From the IMG/VR virus record IMGVR_UViG_3300037851_000307, positions 51,635 to 115,634 of that record: a stretch of DNA of 64,000 bases; one strand, 5' to 3'. Source of the DNA: a virus (Duplodnaviria; Heunggongvirae; Uroviricota; Caudoviricetes). Position numbers and translations under genes: made by a program. The notes below the pieces were generated by a model. The model was not told the origin of the DNA, searched no databases, and saw only the letters and a program-made list of their open reading frames with translations. Numbering within the stretch: position 1 is the first letter of the stretch; each line of letters starts with the position of its first letter. Shown piece by piece: positions 1 through 10,191 of this stretch.

Positions 1-852
1 GAATTCAGAAACCATGTCCAAGTCATTGTTGATCAGGGAATTGCCTATTATTATGTGCTTGGAAATCACGATTTCTATAAGCCAACGTCCAGTAAATACC
101 ACGCTCTTCAAAGCATGGAAGGATTTCATAAAGACTTTGTAATAGTAGACAAGAGATTAGATTTTGATAATATAACAATGGTCCCACATTGCCCTAACTT
201 CAAAGAATTCCCCCTTGATACAAAAGAAATATGTATAGCGCATCAAACATTTCTTGGTGCAGATTATGGCTATATAAGACCAGATGTAGGCGTAAATGCT
301 GATGATGTTGCTGCTGAAATTATTATTTCAGGGCATATTCATATGCGTCAAGAGTTTGGCAAAGTTATATATCCTGGTACACCTTATTCTCAAAGCATAG
401 ATGATATAAATCAAATAAAAGGTTTATTACTTTTTGATACTGAAACGTACAAAAGAACATTTGTACAATCCCCTATGCCTATGTGGAAGGGCTTAAAGTT
501 TGTTTTAGGTGACGAGACAATAGATGAAATTCATTCACATATTGAAGAAACTATTAACAAACAAGATCATTGGACAATAGAAATTACTGGTCCAAAAGCT
601 GAAGTTATAGCATATAGAGATAGCAAACAATACATAAAAGCTATTGATGGCTGCGATGTAAAATTTAAACCAGTTTTTGTAGACAATGAAAAACGATCCG
701 CTGTAAAAATCGAAGCAGTGTCGATGGAACATATTTTACCAGAATATGTAGATAAAGTATACCAAGGAACAGTAGATAAGAAAGTAGTTGTTAATAAAGC
801 ACTTGAAGTTCTTACTAAAGTTCGTCAGGGAAATGCTAGAGCTAAACTGTAA
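1..852 (+). CDS. calcineurin-like metallophosphoesterase (SbcD/Mre11-like nuclease), 5'-partial
   Basis: ORF 55..852 begins with the GNHDF phosphoesterase motif. The frame is open back to nt 1 (…VIVDQGIAYYYVLGNHDF), so the gene starts upstream of the window. Confidence 0.55.
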   Translation, partial: EFRNHVQVIVDQGIAYYYVLGNHDFYKPTSSKYHALQSMEGFHKDFVIVDKRLDFDNITMVPHCPNFKEFPLDTKEICIAHQTFLGADYGYIRPDVGVNADDVAAEIIISGHIHMRQEFGKVIYPGTPYSQSIDDINQIKGLLLFDTETYKRTFVQSPMPMWKGLKFVLGDETIDEIHSHIEETINKQDHWTIEITGPKAEVIAYRDSKQYIKAIDGCDVKFKPVFVDNEKRSAVKIEAVSMEHILPEYVDKVYQGTVDKKVVVNKALEVLTKVRQGNARAKL

Positions 853-861
853 CTCTGCGAG

Positions 862-880
862 TCTGGTATAATGATACCAG
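862..880 (+). promoter_or_regulatory. extended -10 TGGTATAAT within hairpin CTGGTAT/ATACCAG
   Basis: tCTGGTATAATgATACCAGgtagttaggagacctaATG. Confidence 0.4.
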
Positions 881-896
881 GTAGTTAGGAGACCTA

Positions 897-1349
897 ATGA
901 ACGGTAAAGAGATTTTAGATTATATAGACAATCAAAGATGGCTTTTAAACAATGGCCTATTCAATGATGCAAGCAAAAACCAACTGTTTTTGTTTGGTTC
1001 TATTGTTCATAAAGATGTTCAAGCTGTTGATTTAGCTATAGATCCTGCTAATAAAAGAATTGGCTATACGATCTATGTTACTAATAGTCTACTAAAAAAA
1101 ATAGAAAAATATAAAGAGCTGTCTACCTCAAAAAGCTTTTTTGGAATGTGGAGATTTAAGCGCCTTATTGAAAAAGAAGGCAACTTAAACTTTAGACACG
1201 TACTTAGTAATTTCGTGAAAGACTATTGTGGTAAAGATTGGGCTGCAGATGTCGAAGTGCGAAATATCGCTGAGTATGTTGCTGACGGTGATAGAAGTGA
1301 AAACGACAGACAAGGAGTTAATACTCCTGATAAACAGCCTGACCAGTAA
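897..1349 (+). CDS. hypothetical protein
   Basis: 150-aa ORF; TATAAT-in-hairpin and GGAG immediately upstream. Confidence 0.5.
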   Translation: MNGKEILDYIDNQRWLLNNGLFNDASKNQLFLFGSIVHKDVQAVDLAIDPANKRIGYTIYVTNSLLKKIEKYKELSTSKSFFGMWRFKRLIEKEGNLNFRHVLSNFVKDYCGKDWAADVEVRNIAEYVADGDRSENDRQGVNTPDKQPDQ

Positions 1350-1734
1350 CAGAGATTATCAACAAGAACTCTGGATACACTACTTGAGTGGAAACTCTAT
1401 ATCCTCGTTTGCGCAAAAATTAGAAGAGATAAAATACGAACACGAAGAACATCAAAGAATAGCTGACATAGTATCTCACTTATTAAGTAATAGTGAACCA
1501 GAGTTTAAGCAACTTATTGGTGACTTTTCAGAATTTGAGCAGTCTATAATGTGCTTACTTGCAATAGGTTTAAGTATTCCAGAGATCTCTAAGTATAAAA
1601 AACTTAGTATAATAAGGGTGCAGCAGGTTGTAATGACCATAAAAAATCATAGCAAGTGGGATAAAAAATGGCTCTCAAAAGACACTTCACAGAAGAAGAA
1701 AAATACGGACTTACCCAAGAAGAAATCCGTTTAG
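1228..1734 (+). CDS. HTH (sigma region-4-like) protein, start uncertain
   Basis: C-terminal 'LLAIGLSIPEISKYKKLSIIRVQQVV' resembles a sigma-70 region 4.2 HTH. Overlaps 897..1349 in another frame, so the real start is probably downstream. Confidence 0.35.
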   Translation: MVKIGLQMSKCEISLSMLLTVIEVKTTDKELILLINSLTSNRDYQQELWIHYLSGNSISSFAQKLEEIKYEHEEHQRIADIVSHLLSNSEPEFKQLIGDFSEFEQSIMCLLAIGLSIPEISKYKKLSIIRVQQVVMTIKNHSKWDKKWLSKDTSQKKKNTDLPKKKSV

Positions 1735-2285
1735 GCGAAAAGTATTTAAGGAAAAATAAAACAGCAGGTAAAATTGCTGAAAATGAAGCCTTAAAACTTT
1801 ATGAGCTATATCTAATTGGCCATTCTTTTAATGAGTTGGCTGCGCAATTTCCACAATACACTGTCGACAGAATTATAATGACTGCTGCTTTAACTGGATG
1901 GGCTAAAGATAGAGACAATATGCAGTACTCATTGAGAGACAGAGTGCAAGCAAAAGTGGTTAAAAGTGTTATTGAACAGGTTGATTTCTTAACAACATTA
2001 ATGAGTGTTTCTAATGCTGAGCATCTTGATGCCATGAAGAAGTACATCATGGATCCTGTTAATAACCCTAAACCAGACTTAAGAATTGAGACAATTAAAG
2101 AATACAAAGAGGTTGCTGAAACACTTTATAAGTTGGTTGCTGGATCTACACCTGGCTCTCAATCAAAAACATCTCCTATGTTTAATGCTCTAGCTCCTGC
2201 GGTAGATAAGAGAGAAGCAACACAGACAAAACAAGAAGATTCTGTTGCTGACTTCATTGCATCTCAGGTAAAAGAAAATGAGTAA
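1668..2285 (+). CDS. putative terminase small subunit / DNA-binding protein
   Basis: Lies immediately 5' of and overlapping the terminase large subunit; HTH-like 'LYELYLIGHSFNELAAQFPQYTVDRI'. Confidence 0.45.
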   Translation: MALKRHFTEEEKYGLTQEEIRLGEKYLRKNKTAGKIAENEALKLYELYLIGHSFNELAAQFPQYTVDRIIMTAALTGWAKDRDNMQYSLRDRVQAKVVKSVIEQVDFLTTLMSVSNAEHLDAMKKYIMDPVNNPKPDLRIETIKEYKEVAETLYKLVAGSTPGSQSKTSPMFNALAPAVDKREATQTKQEDSVADFIASQVKENE

Positions 2286-4200
2286 AAAGAAGACGCTGTC
2301 AGAAGAAGATAAAAGACGTCTAGCTCTTCTTACGCCATGTAAGACAAAGCTAGAAATGAAAAATTGGATTAAGTTTCATTTGGGTTTACATTTACCAGAT
2401 GTCACTGTGTCTAGATATGCAGATACAAACCCATTAGATATGATATGGGAAGTTTACTCAATATGTGTGTTAAAGCAAAATCCTGAGAACGTTCAGGAAT
2501 TGTTATTCGTTGCTGGTCGTGGATCTGGTAAAACACTAGGTATGGCTATCGCAGAGTTGATGGTTATATTGCATGATAAGCGTGATACTGTTCACGTTGG
2601 TGCCATCTTATCTCAAGCTAAGCGTTGTTATGAATATCAAATTAAGTTTCTGTTAAACGATAAAATAAAACCGGTTATTGATCCTCCAAAGCAGGCCGTT
2701 GACAAGAAGATATTGCAAAAAGCAAACATGGAAAAATCTCTGTTTTTAATAGATGGAGAGCAAGTTTCTTTAGAAGTTCTTCCATGTACACTTAAAGCTT
2801 GTAATGGTCCTCACGTTCCATTAGTTGTTGTCGATGAGATCGATACAGTATCAGGTGAAGGCTTAAAGGCATTCAAAGAAATATCTGGTATGCTTGACTC
2901 TAAGGGTGGAAAGAAAGCTTTACGTGTTGGTATTTCAACTCGTAAGTCTAGATATGGATTGATGAATCAGCAAATTGAAAATGCTGAAAAAGAAGGTCGT
3001 CACGTTAGACGCTGGACTGCATTTGAGTTCACAGAAAGATGCCCAGATGAAAAGTCAGGTTTAGATCCTACAGATGTATACATATTACAAGACACAATGG
3101 AAACTCTTTCTGTAGAGGATTACAATAAGAAAGATGCCAAGAAGCAAAAAGAGTACGTTAAGTATACAATGCCAGGAAAGGGTTGTCAAACTTGTCCAAT
3201 TGCGCCTATTTGTTTAGGTGATGCTAAAAATCAAAACTCTAAGTCGCCAATGCTTAAACCTATTGATGAGTTAATTAAGAAAGTTCGTTCAGAGGGGGCA
3301 GATTGGGCGTTAGCACAGCTGATGAACTTAAAACCATCTGTTGAAGGAATTATTTATAAAGAGTTTGAAGAAAAGGTTCATGTTAAAGACTGGAACCAAA
3401 TGTGGTTTATACTTACTGGAAAAGAGTTTCCGGGTGAGTGTACACATGATTTGTTTGTTAAAAAATGCCATGAGATGAGATTAACTTGTTATGGCGGAAT
3501 TGACTGGGGATGGTCTAATCCAAACACAGTTGTTTATTTTTTCGTAGATAAGAAAGATAATGTTTATGTAGTGAGAGCAGAAGGAATGACTTATGTGAGT
3601 CAGCCTTCTTGGGTACATCACATTAAAACAAGATGGCACCAAATGTATAGATGTCAACTATACTTTCCTGACGTAGCAGATCAGGGAGCTATTGAAGAAA
3701 TGAAGAAAGCTGGTTTGCCTGCCGCTAACGATGTCGATAAGGCAATTAACACAGGAATTCAAGCTATTAAAAAGATGTTAAGGGTTCCAGGACAAACTGA
3801 ACCTAAGATGTTTATAGCAAAAGAAACTTGCGGTCCATTGATTACTGAGTTTTCAATGTATCACTTTAAAACAGATGCTGCTGGTATCATCACAGATGTT
3901 CCAGAAGAAGAATATGATCACTGGCTTGATGCTTTGCGTTATGGCATAACGATGCTATTTGGTAAGTCTACTATGATCATAGGCGGTGGAGTTAATGTTG
4001 TAGACAATACTTCAATTATTGATAAAAATGGCAACTACCATAGAGTTCCAACTGCAGCTGAATATGCTGCAGCTAATAACATGAACTTTAATCCTGATGT
4101 AGATACCTCTAAAATAGGTAAAGTCGGCACTAAATCTAAGCTAGATGATGACGGTGATGATGGCGTTGGTGGAGAAGGTGGCTTTTTGTGGTCATTTTAA
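2278..4200 (+). CDS. terL: terminase large subunit (ATPase + nuclease)
   Basis: 640 aa; Walker A 'VAGRGSGKT'; Walker B-like 'VVVDEID'; C-terminal nuclease-like region; sits in front of the portal. Confidence 0.9.
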   Translation: MSKKKTLSEEDKRRLALLTPCKTKLEMKNWIKFHLGLHLPDVTVSRYADTNPLDMIWEVYSICVLKQNPENVQELLFVAGRGSGKTLGMAIAELMVILHDKRDTVHVGAILSQAKRCYEYQIKFLLNDKIKPVIDPPKQAVDKKILQKANMEKSLFLIDGEQVSLEVLPCTLKACNGPHVPLVVVDEIDTVSGEGLKAFKEISGMLDSKGGKKALRVGISTRKSRYGLMNQQIENAEKEGRHVRRWTAFEFTERCPDEKSGLDPTDVYILQDTMETLSVEDYNKKDAKKQKEYVKYTMPGKGCQTCPIAPICLGDAKNQNSKSPMLKPIDELIKKVRSEGADWALAQLMNLKPSVEGIIYKEFEEKVHVKDWNQMWFILTGKEFPGECTHDLFVKKCHEMRLTCYGGIDWGWSNPNTVVYFFVDKKDNVYVVRAEGMTYVSQPSWVHHIKTRWHQMYRCQLYFPDVADQGAIEEMKKAGLPAANDVDKAINTGIQAIKKMLRVPGQTEPKMFIAKETCGPLITEFSMYHFKTDAAGIITDVPEEEYDHWLDALRYGITMLFGKSTMIIGGGVNVVDNTSIIDKNGNYHRVPTAAEYAAANNMNFNPDVDTSKIGKVGTKSKLDDDGDDGVGGEGGFLWSF

Positions 4201-4225
4201 TTAAATAACATGATATGATGATTGA

Positions 4226-4735
4226 ATGAAGCTTTGCAATGGACCATGTAAAACATTGTTGCCGATATCTGAGTTCCATAAAGGTAATGGCAGATTTGGC
4301 GTTAAATCTCGATGTAAACAGTGTTGCAAGTTGACATATAAACCTAATTCTTCTGAATATAAAAGAGAATATTATTTAAAAAACAAAGAAAGAGCACGCG
4401 ATGCGCGTCGCAGGCATCAACAGAGAAATAGAGAAGAATATAGAAAGCGAAATTCTGCTTATGATAAGTTACATAGACCAGAAAGGGCTGCTAGAGAAGC
4501 TTTTAGAAGAGCTCAAAAGTTAAATGCTACTCCAAAGTGGTTAACTAAAGAACAAAAAGAGCGCATGAAGCAGTTCTACATAGAAAGGGATAGATTGCGT
4601 GAAGTTACGGGTATAATATATCATGTGGATCATATAGTGCCTTTGATTGGCAATAACGTATGTGGTTTACATGTTCCTTGGAATTTGCAGATTCTTCCTT
4701 GGTACGAAAATTTAAGTAAAGGGAATAAGGTGTAA
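4226..4735 (+). CDS. HNH endonuclease
   Basis: Cys-rich N-terminus; HNH motif 'HVDHIVPL…NLQIL'; inserted between terL and the portal, as is common for homing endonucleases. Confidence 0.8.
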   Translation: MKLCNGPCKTLLPISEFHKGNGRFGVKSRCKQCCKLTYKPNSSEYKREYYLKNKERARDARRRHQQRNREEYRKRNSAYDKLHRPERAAREAFRRAQKLNATPKWLTKEQKERMKQFYIERDRLREVTGIIYHVDHIVPLIGNNVCGLHVPWNLQILPWYENLSKGNKV

Positions 4736-4737
4736 TT

Positions 4738-6636
4738 TTGGCTTGGTACGACAGTTGGCTAAAAAATAGAATACAGGGTCAAATTGATGAGCTCTTGAAG
4801 TCTGATGGCGATCGTTTGCCCGATAAGCCAGAAGAAAATCACAACACTGAAGAGCAAATTGGTCGTAAAGCGATCATAGATGATCCATTTTATGAACATG
4901 TTTCTCAACATGTTATGTATAAACATAAGCTGTCTCGTTTATCTAACAAGACACTTAAAGACGTCTCTATTAGAGATTGGTTGATTTCTGCTATTATTCA
5001 ATGTCGTATTGATACCATGAGTCGTTTTACTAGACCTAGCCACGATAAATTTAAAGAGGGCATGAGATTTGTAAAACGAGGCAAGAATGTAGAATGGTCA
5101 CCTGAAGAAAGAGCTGAAATTGCTGCCTTAGAAGACTTTATCTATAACTGCGGTAGAACTGAAAATGTTCCACCAGATGACAAGATGTTATTTAATGAGT
5201 TTGTTCGCTTAGCAATAAGAGATGCGTTAACATTTGGTCATGTTGCTGTAGAAAAGATTAAAACTCGTTCTGGCGGCTTACATAGATTTAGACCTATTCC
5301 AGCAGAATCAGTTTATTTAATCAATAAAAAGCAAAACCGGGATGTTTTAGAAAGAGAGCTTCAAACAAGTAAGAAGCTTTATGCACCAGGTGATAATGAT
5401 CCTAGAAAAGATCAAGAAATCAATGAAGTGCCTGTAGAATACTATAAGTACGTTCAGACTTCTTATGATATGAGAGTTATTGCTGCATTTGGTGATGAAG
5501 ACATGATTTGGAGACTATTTAATCCTCAAAATTTTGTGGATTCTATGGGATACTGTTATTCTCCATTAGAGTTGGCAATAATCAATGTAACAAATCACTT
5601 AAATGTTGAAAATTATAATGCTAACTTTTTCACGCATGGTTATGCTGCAAGAGGTGTTTTGCATTTAAAGGGAACTGTTACACAGTCTCAATTGACAGCT
5701 TTCCGTAGACAGTTTTACAATACTATATCTGGTTCACAGCATGCTTGGAGAACTCCAATCATTGCTGGTATCGATGAAGTTCAATGGGTTCCATTGGCGG
5801 CTAATGCTAAAGAGATGGAATATATCAACTTTAATAACCATATATTGCGTGCGATATGCGCTCAGTTCCAAATTGATCCAATTGAGATTGGGTTAGATTA
5901 TTTAGCTTCCGCTAACGGAAGAGGTGCTGCGGCAGCTCAATCTAATCAAGCTAAAATTGAATACTCTCGTGAACGTGGTTTATATCCATTATTTATGTTT
6001 ATTGAGGATTTAATCAATCACGATATTCTTCCCGCATTAGACCCTGAGTTGGCTAATAAGTATAAGTTTGAATTCACTGGTTACACAGATGAGACTCCAC
6101 AGACTCAAGTTGCTCAGCTACAAGCTGAGATGACAGTCCATAGTTCAATGAACGACTTATTAAAGTCTGCACAGAAAGATTCTTTAAAAGAAGCTATTGC
6201 TAATTTACCACTTAATGCTGCTTTTTGGGCATTAGTTGAAAAAAACATGACGCGCGGTGAGATTAGAGAATATTTCATGGGTGATGAGGGTGCCTCAACT
6301 AGAAAAGAACTCCAATATATTCCTGGCGATCCTGCATTCATGGGTTGGCAGCAATTATTGATCACTATGGAATCTCAAAAGAAGCAACAAAAGGCTATGG
6401 AACAGCAACAGCAGTCTGAAGCTGCTCAAGCACAGTTTGAGAATCGTCACGCTGAGGGTGAACATCAAAGAGAAGAAGAGCGCCATAATATGGAGCTTGA
6501 GATGATGCGCAACCAAGCAGCTCACGAAGCAGTGTCTAATGGCAATATACAAGACACAGCAAAACAGTTTGGTGCTGGATCAACTCCACTTCACATTGGT
6601 GGAACTACCGTAGCTAATCCAATCAATAAGAAATAA
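4738..6636 (+). CDS. portal protein
   Basis: 632 aa, directly after terminase/HNH; Gln-rich acidic C-terminus; synteny with the head module. Confidence 0.7.
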   Translation: MAWYDSWLKNRIQGQIDELLKSDGDRLPDKPEENHNTEEQIGRKAIIDDPFYEHVSQHVMYKHKLSRLSNKTLKDVSIRDWLISAIIQCRIDTMSRFTRPSHDKFKEGMRFVKRGKNVEWSPEERAEIAALEDFIYNCGRTENVPPDDKMLFNEFVRLAIRDALTFGHVAVEKIKTRSGGLHRFRPIPAESVYLINKKQNRDVLERELQTSKKLYAPGDNDPRKDQEINEVPVEYYKYVQTSYDMRVIAAFGDEDMIWRLFNPQNFVDSMGYCYSPLELAIINVTNHLNVENYNANFFTHGYAARGVLHLKGTVTQSQLTAFRRQFYNTISGSQHAWRTPIIAGIDEVQWVPLAANAKEMEYINFNNHILRAICAQFQIDPIEIGLDYLASANGRGAAAAQSNQAKIEYSRERGLYPLFMFIEDLINHDILPALDPELANKYKFEFTGYTDETPQTQVAQLQAEMTVHSSMNDLLKSAQKDSLKEAIANLPLNAAFWALVEKNMTRGEIREYFMGDEGASTRKELQYIPGDPAFMGWQQLLITMESQKKQQKAMEQQQQSEAAQAQFENRHAEGEHQREEERHNMELEMMRNQAAHEAVSNGNIQDTAKQFGAGSTPLHIGGTTVANPINKK

Positions 6637-6647
6637 TGTAAAAATCT

Positions 6648-6695
6648 AAAATAGGTATAATCTTCGTAGAGATATTTTTCTCTACGGAGTATTTC
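6648..6695 (+). promoter_or_regulatory. TATAAT (-10-like) followed by 8-bp hairpin CGTAGAGA/TCTCTACG ending in GGAG, upstream of 6696 ATG
   Basis: aggTATAATcttCGTAGAGAtatttttTCTCTACGGAGtatttcATG. Confidence 0.4.
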
Positions 6696-7532
6696 ATGTC
6701 ATGGATAATTCTTGAAGGTTTAGATAGAACAGGTAAAACAACTGTCGCAGAATATTACAAAAGACAGGGTTATCAGATTGTTCACATGTCTGCACCAGAT
6801 AAAAAGTATTCAAAACCTGGTTACACTGGTCCATCTTATCTAGATGAGCTTTTGGATGTTTATATGCGGTACACCGGAAAAGATGTGATTTTTGATCGCT
6901 CTGGTTATGGTGAATTTGTATGGCCATTTGTATATGGACGATCAGCTCAACTATCTGATGAAGATGTTGAGATTCTTCAAGACATCGAGGAAAAGAATGA
7001 TACTCAAAAGATTCTTATGTATGACGCAAATATTGAAGCCCATTGGAAAAGATGCGTGGACAACAATGAGCCACTTACTCGTCCACAGTTTAATAGTGCA
7101 TCTGTGTTGTTTGACAAGATGGCTCGCAAGTACAATTTTGAAAAGAAACAATTATCTGATTTTTCGACTTTATCAAAAGCAGCATTACCATCTGTACCTG
7201 AAGCTTCTAATTCAGGAGAAGAAGATAACGTCAAAAACAATGATGTGGGAACTGTACTTTCACAAAACAGAAGCACGGTGGCGCAGTCAAAAGCGAGCAG
7301 AGAGATATATAAGTTAGAGCAAGCAAACGCTATAAACGACATCCTTAATAAAAGAATTATTAAACAAAAGGGTGAAATTTATGATAAACTAGAGAGCGAC
7401 ATACGTCACTTTTTAGAACACAAACTGAGTACAATCTTCGGTGAAGATAAAAATAAAAATTTCTCAGACGATGAGATAGAAATTTTAAAACTATATTGTA
7501 AACAAATAAAGCAAAAGCTAGGAGCAAAATGA
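6696..7532 (+). CDS. thymidylate-kinase-like P-loop dNMP kinase
   Basis: N-terminal 'ILEGLDRTGKTT' matches the Tmk P-loop (EGxDxxGKTT); C-terminal half is coiled/low-complexity. Confidence 0.6.
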   Translation: MSWIILEGLDRTGKTTVAEYYKRQGYQIVHMSAPDKKYSKPGYTGPSYLDELLDVYMRYTGKDVIFDRSGYGEFVWPFVYGRSAQLSDEDVEILQDIEEKNDTQKILMYDANIEAHWKRCVDNNEPLTRPQFNSASVLFDKMARKYNFEKKQLSDFSTLSKAALPSVPEASNSGEEDNVKNNDVGTVLSQNRSTVAQSKASREIYKLEQANAINDILNKRIIKQKGEIYDKLESDIRHFLEHKLSTIFGEDKNKNFSDDEIEILKLYCKQIKQKLGAK

Positions 7533-8116
7533 TGACAAGTTCTAGAAATGGTTTCAGACAGAAAGCCACAAACAGTAAAAAGGCCGCTGCCAAAGAATTA
7601 GAGACAACGGTAAAAAATCTAACTATGGCGGTTAGAGTTATGCAGATCATGAATCAGCAACTTGCCACTAGCTATCAAAATATGCAAAACGATATGAATC
7701 GTCTTCTTGGTGTTGTTAATAATTTGCAATACAAGTCTAATGCAATGCAGTCTCTTCTTAACGTAGATGAGGCAGTTATCAATGCTAAGGCTGATGAAAT
7801 TAAGTTAACTGATTATAATAAAGCTTCTGATAAAGAAGATCAAGAAAAGGGTTTAACTGTTGCAGACGTAGTTGTAGCAGACAGTATTTGCATTATCACG
7901 TCTACTTGCGAAGATAAAGAGAAAGAAATCTTTAGATCTAAGTTTAAGTTGAGTGAAGCTGGCGTTCCTGAGCTGCAGGAGAAACTTGTTGGCAAAAAAG
8001 TTGGAGATAAAGTAGAGGTTACATTAAACGGTACAGTTCATACAATTGAATTGTTAGGTGTAAGAACTGAACCTCCTAAAGAAGCTACTCAAGCACAAGA
8101 AGCAACCACTCACTAA
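7529..8116 (+). CDS. hypothetical protein
   Basis: 195-aa ORF translationally coupled to neighbours. Confidence 0.5.
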   Translation: MMTSSRNGFRQKATNSKKAAAKELETTVKNLTMAVRVMQIMNQQLATSYQNMQNDMNRLLGVVNNLQYKSNAMQSLLNVDEAVINAKADEIKLTDYNKASDKEDQEKGLTVADVVVADSICIITSTCEDKEKEIFRSKFKLSEAGVPELQEKLVGKKVGDKVEVTLNGTVHTIELLGVRTEPPKEATQAQEATTH

Positions 8117-8544
8117 TGAGCGACGAATCTAATCAACCAAAATGTAAAATGGACAAACGTTGTCCTAGAAAGCTTGAAGGGCATCCAGAATCTTGGTGCC
8201 CTTTAGCTGTTTTGCGTTTAAAGGCTGTAAGAAACGCCGGTAAAGAGCTGTCTGAAGAAGAAGAGGCTAAGTTACCAGGTTGTCCATGGGCGGTTAATCA
8301 TCAGTTGGCCAATTATTGCTTTTTTAAGTATATTTCTGAGTTTGGCAGTGATGTTCCTCCTTCAGAGGCTGAAATAGCTCATTATTTAAACTTATCTGTT
8401 GATACGGTAAAAAAGACTCAAAAAGAAGCTATAAATAAGGTTCGTCAGAATCCTTCCATAGCTCAAATCCTAGATAGTCATGACGGTAGAGAGTCTATAG
8501 TTGGCGACTTTGATACAAACGACACATACTCTATAAGAAAATAA
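8116..8544 (+). CDS. Cys-rich protein with C-terminal HTH (possible late transcription regulator)
   Basis: 'HYLNLSVDTVKKTQKEAINKVRQ' is sigma region-4-like; N-terminal Cys cluster. Confidence 0.45.
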   Translation: MSDESNQPKCKMDKRCPRKLEGHPESWCPLAVLRLKAVRNAGKELSEEEEAKLPGCPWAVNHQLANYCFFKYISEFGSDVPPSEAEIAHYLNLSVDTVKKTQKEAINKVRQNPSIAQILDSHDGRESIVGDFDTNDTYSIRK

Positions 8545-8550
8545 CTTGCT

Positions 8551-8573
8551 GCTCTATATAGTATAATAGAGCA
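8551..8573 (+). promoter_or_regulatory. TATAAT embedded in hairpin GCTCTAT/ATAGAGC upstream of 8574 ATG
   Basis: GCTCTATatagTATAATAGAGCaATG. Confidence 0.35.
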
Positions 8574-10091
8574 ATGGCAAGTAAAAAAGATCAACTTTGG
8601 ATAGATGGCGTTGTGGGCAGTCAATTACGTGATACCCAAGGCGAAATGTTATCTGTAGAGGGCGCTGATATTTCTGACCTACAACAAGGTAGAGGGCGCT
8701 GGAATGATAATCACGGTAAAGGTTTTTTTAATTCAATAGGTCGCATCACAGAGGCTAAAAAGATATTTGGTCCAGATGATTGCACTAACGACCGCCATAA
8801 ATACTACTGGGAAAAAATAAAGGCACCATACATATACGCTAAAGGGTACTTGTATACTGATGGTGATCATATGAATGCTAAGGCTGCGGCAGCAATCTTA
8901 CGTAATATACATAAGTCTGATACTCCTCTTAAATTAAAAGCCTCTGTTGAAGGTGGCGTTGTTGCTAGAGGAATTAAAGATCCTACTCTTTTACAGCAAA
9001 CAAAAATTCACTCTGTAGCATTAACTTTTACTCCCGCAAATAATGCTACTTTAATTGAACCTGTGTCTTTAGATAAAAGCAATGTCGATGAACAAGCTGA
9101 CATGATTCTAATGAAGTCAGTGATGCATTTAGCTGAAAAAGATGTTCCTAGTTTTAGAGTAATTCAAAAAGCTGCATCTGCCGCAAAAGCTGCAAGAAAC
9201 ATTAAACAAATTCAAAATATGTTAAAGCAACTGAAGCAAGATGATATGGAAAAGGGTTTAAAAGAAAAAATAGCCGGTGCTGCATTAGCTGGTACTATGG
9301 CTGTTAGTTCTCCAATAGGAAAAGATCAACCTGTACCAAGCCCTCAAAAAGTAGAACAACAGGCTTCTGTTTCACATAAAGATGTAGTTAATTCTCTTAA
9401 AGATAAAAATCCTGTTTTATGGAGTATAGCTCAAGTTGAATCTAGCGGTGGTGAAAACTTAGATCATAAAACTTTAGACTCTGGTATGCATAAAGGTCAA
9501 ACTGCTGGTGGCGCATGGGGAATCATGCCAAAAACGGCAGCTTATATATTTAAGTTAAGTAAAAACCTGCGAGATAAGTATCCAGATTTAGTGGAACACT
9601 TATCTGATGTAAGTAAAAATCACAAAGAAATCACAAAGAAACTAAATGAAGATCCTGAAGCATCTCATGATGTTGCTAAGGCCTTACTTAATCACATTAA
9701 GTCGATTCATGGCGATGATTTAGATAAAGTTATTCATTCTTGGCATTATGGTATCAATGGCACTAATAATGCTGTTAAGGATAAAAAGGATTTATCTTCT
9801 GATGAGTATGTAAAGAAAATATCTAGTCATTTAAATAGCTTAAGCGGCGATAGACAGCCTGCAGGCGGTTTAAATAAAGCTTTAACAGCTGGTTATGGTG
9901 GAGCAGATTCGCCTTCTAGTAGAACTGGTGGAACTATTTTTCAAACAGAGTCTCTAGAAGGAGGTATAAAGTTTAAATATGCAACTTGCGATAGTTGTGG
10001 TGATGAGCAGATTTACTCTAAACATCAGGTAAAATGTCGTAAGTGTGGAACTCCATGGAGTTTGGCTAAATTAGTAAAACTGATGGGTTAA
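8574..10091 (+). CDS. head/virion protein: N-terminal prohead-protease-like region, internal SLT lytic-transglycosylase-like motif, C-terminal Zn ribbon
   Basis: Position between portal and scaffold; 'VESSGGEN…GGAWGIMPKTAAYI' resembles the SLT motif (ES…GxxGxMQ…P.TA); C-terminal CDSCG…CRKCG. Confidence 0.5.
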   Translation: MASKKDQLWIDGVVGSQLRDTQGEMLSVEGADISDLQQGRGRWNDNHGKGFFNSIGRITEAKKIFGPDDCTNDRHKYYWEKIKAPYIYAKGYLYTDGDHMNAKAAAAILRNIHKSDTPLKLKASVEGGVVARGIKDPTLLQQTKIHSVALTFTPANNATLIEPVSLDKSNVDEQADMILMKSVMHLAEKDVPSFRVIQKAASAAKAARNIKQIQNMLKQLKQDDMEKGLKEKIAGAALAGTMAVSSPIGKDQPVPSPQKVEQQASVSHKDVVNSLKDKNPVLWSIAQVESSGGENLDHKTLDSGMHKGQTAGGAWGIMPKTAAYIFKLSKNLRDKYPDLVEHLSDVSKNHKEITKKLNEDPEASHDVAKALLNHIKSIHGDDLDKVIHSWHYGINGTNNAVKDKKDLSSDEYVKKISSHLNSLSGDRQPAGGLNKALTAGYGGADSPSSRTGGTIFQTESLEGGIKFKYATCDSCGDEQIYSKHQVKCRKCGTPWSLAKLVKLMG

Positions 10092-10191
10092 TACTAGGTG
10101 CCATCAAGGTTATGTTTAACAAAGAAGCGTGATATACTAGTATTCATTGAGCTTCTAATGTAAAGAAATTCTAATCGAAGGAGATACAATA

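Noticed and set aside
535-732. Antisense ORFs nested inside larger genes (also 1799..2107, 6114..6365, 6355..6552, 7004..7342, 11600..11824, 19973..20200, 20041..20379, 20443..20739, 23230..23505, 24061..24336 and similar)
   Set aside because: They are fully contained in, and antisense to, well-supported long ORFs and lack RBSs; these are typical shadow ORFs.
6892-7317. 141-aa same-strand ORF overlapping the Tmk-like gene in another frame
   Set aside because: Low-complexity hydrophobic translation with no start context; the overlapping frame has a clear P-loop domain.
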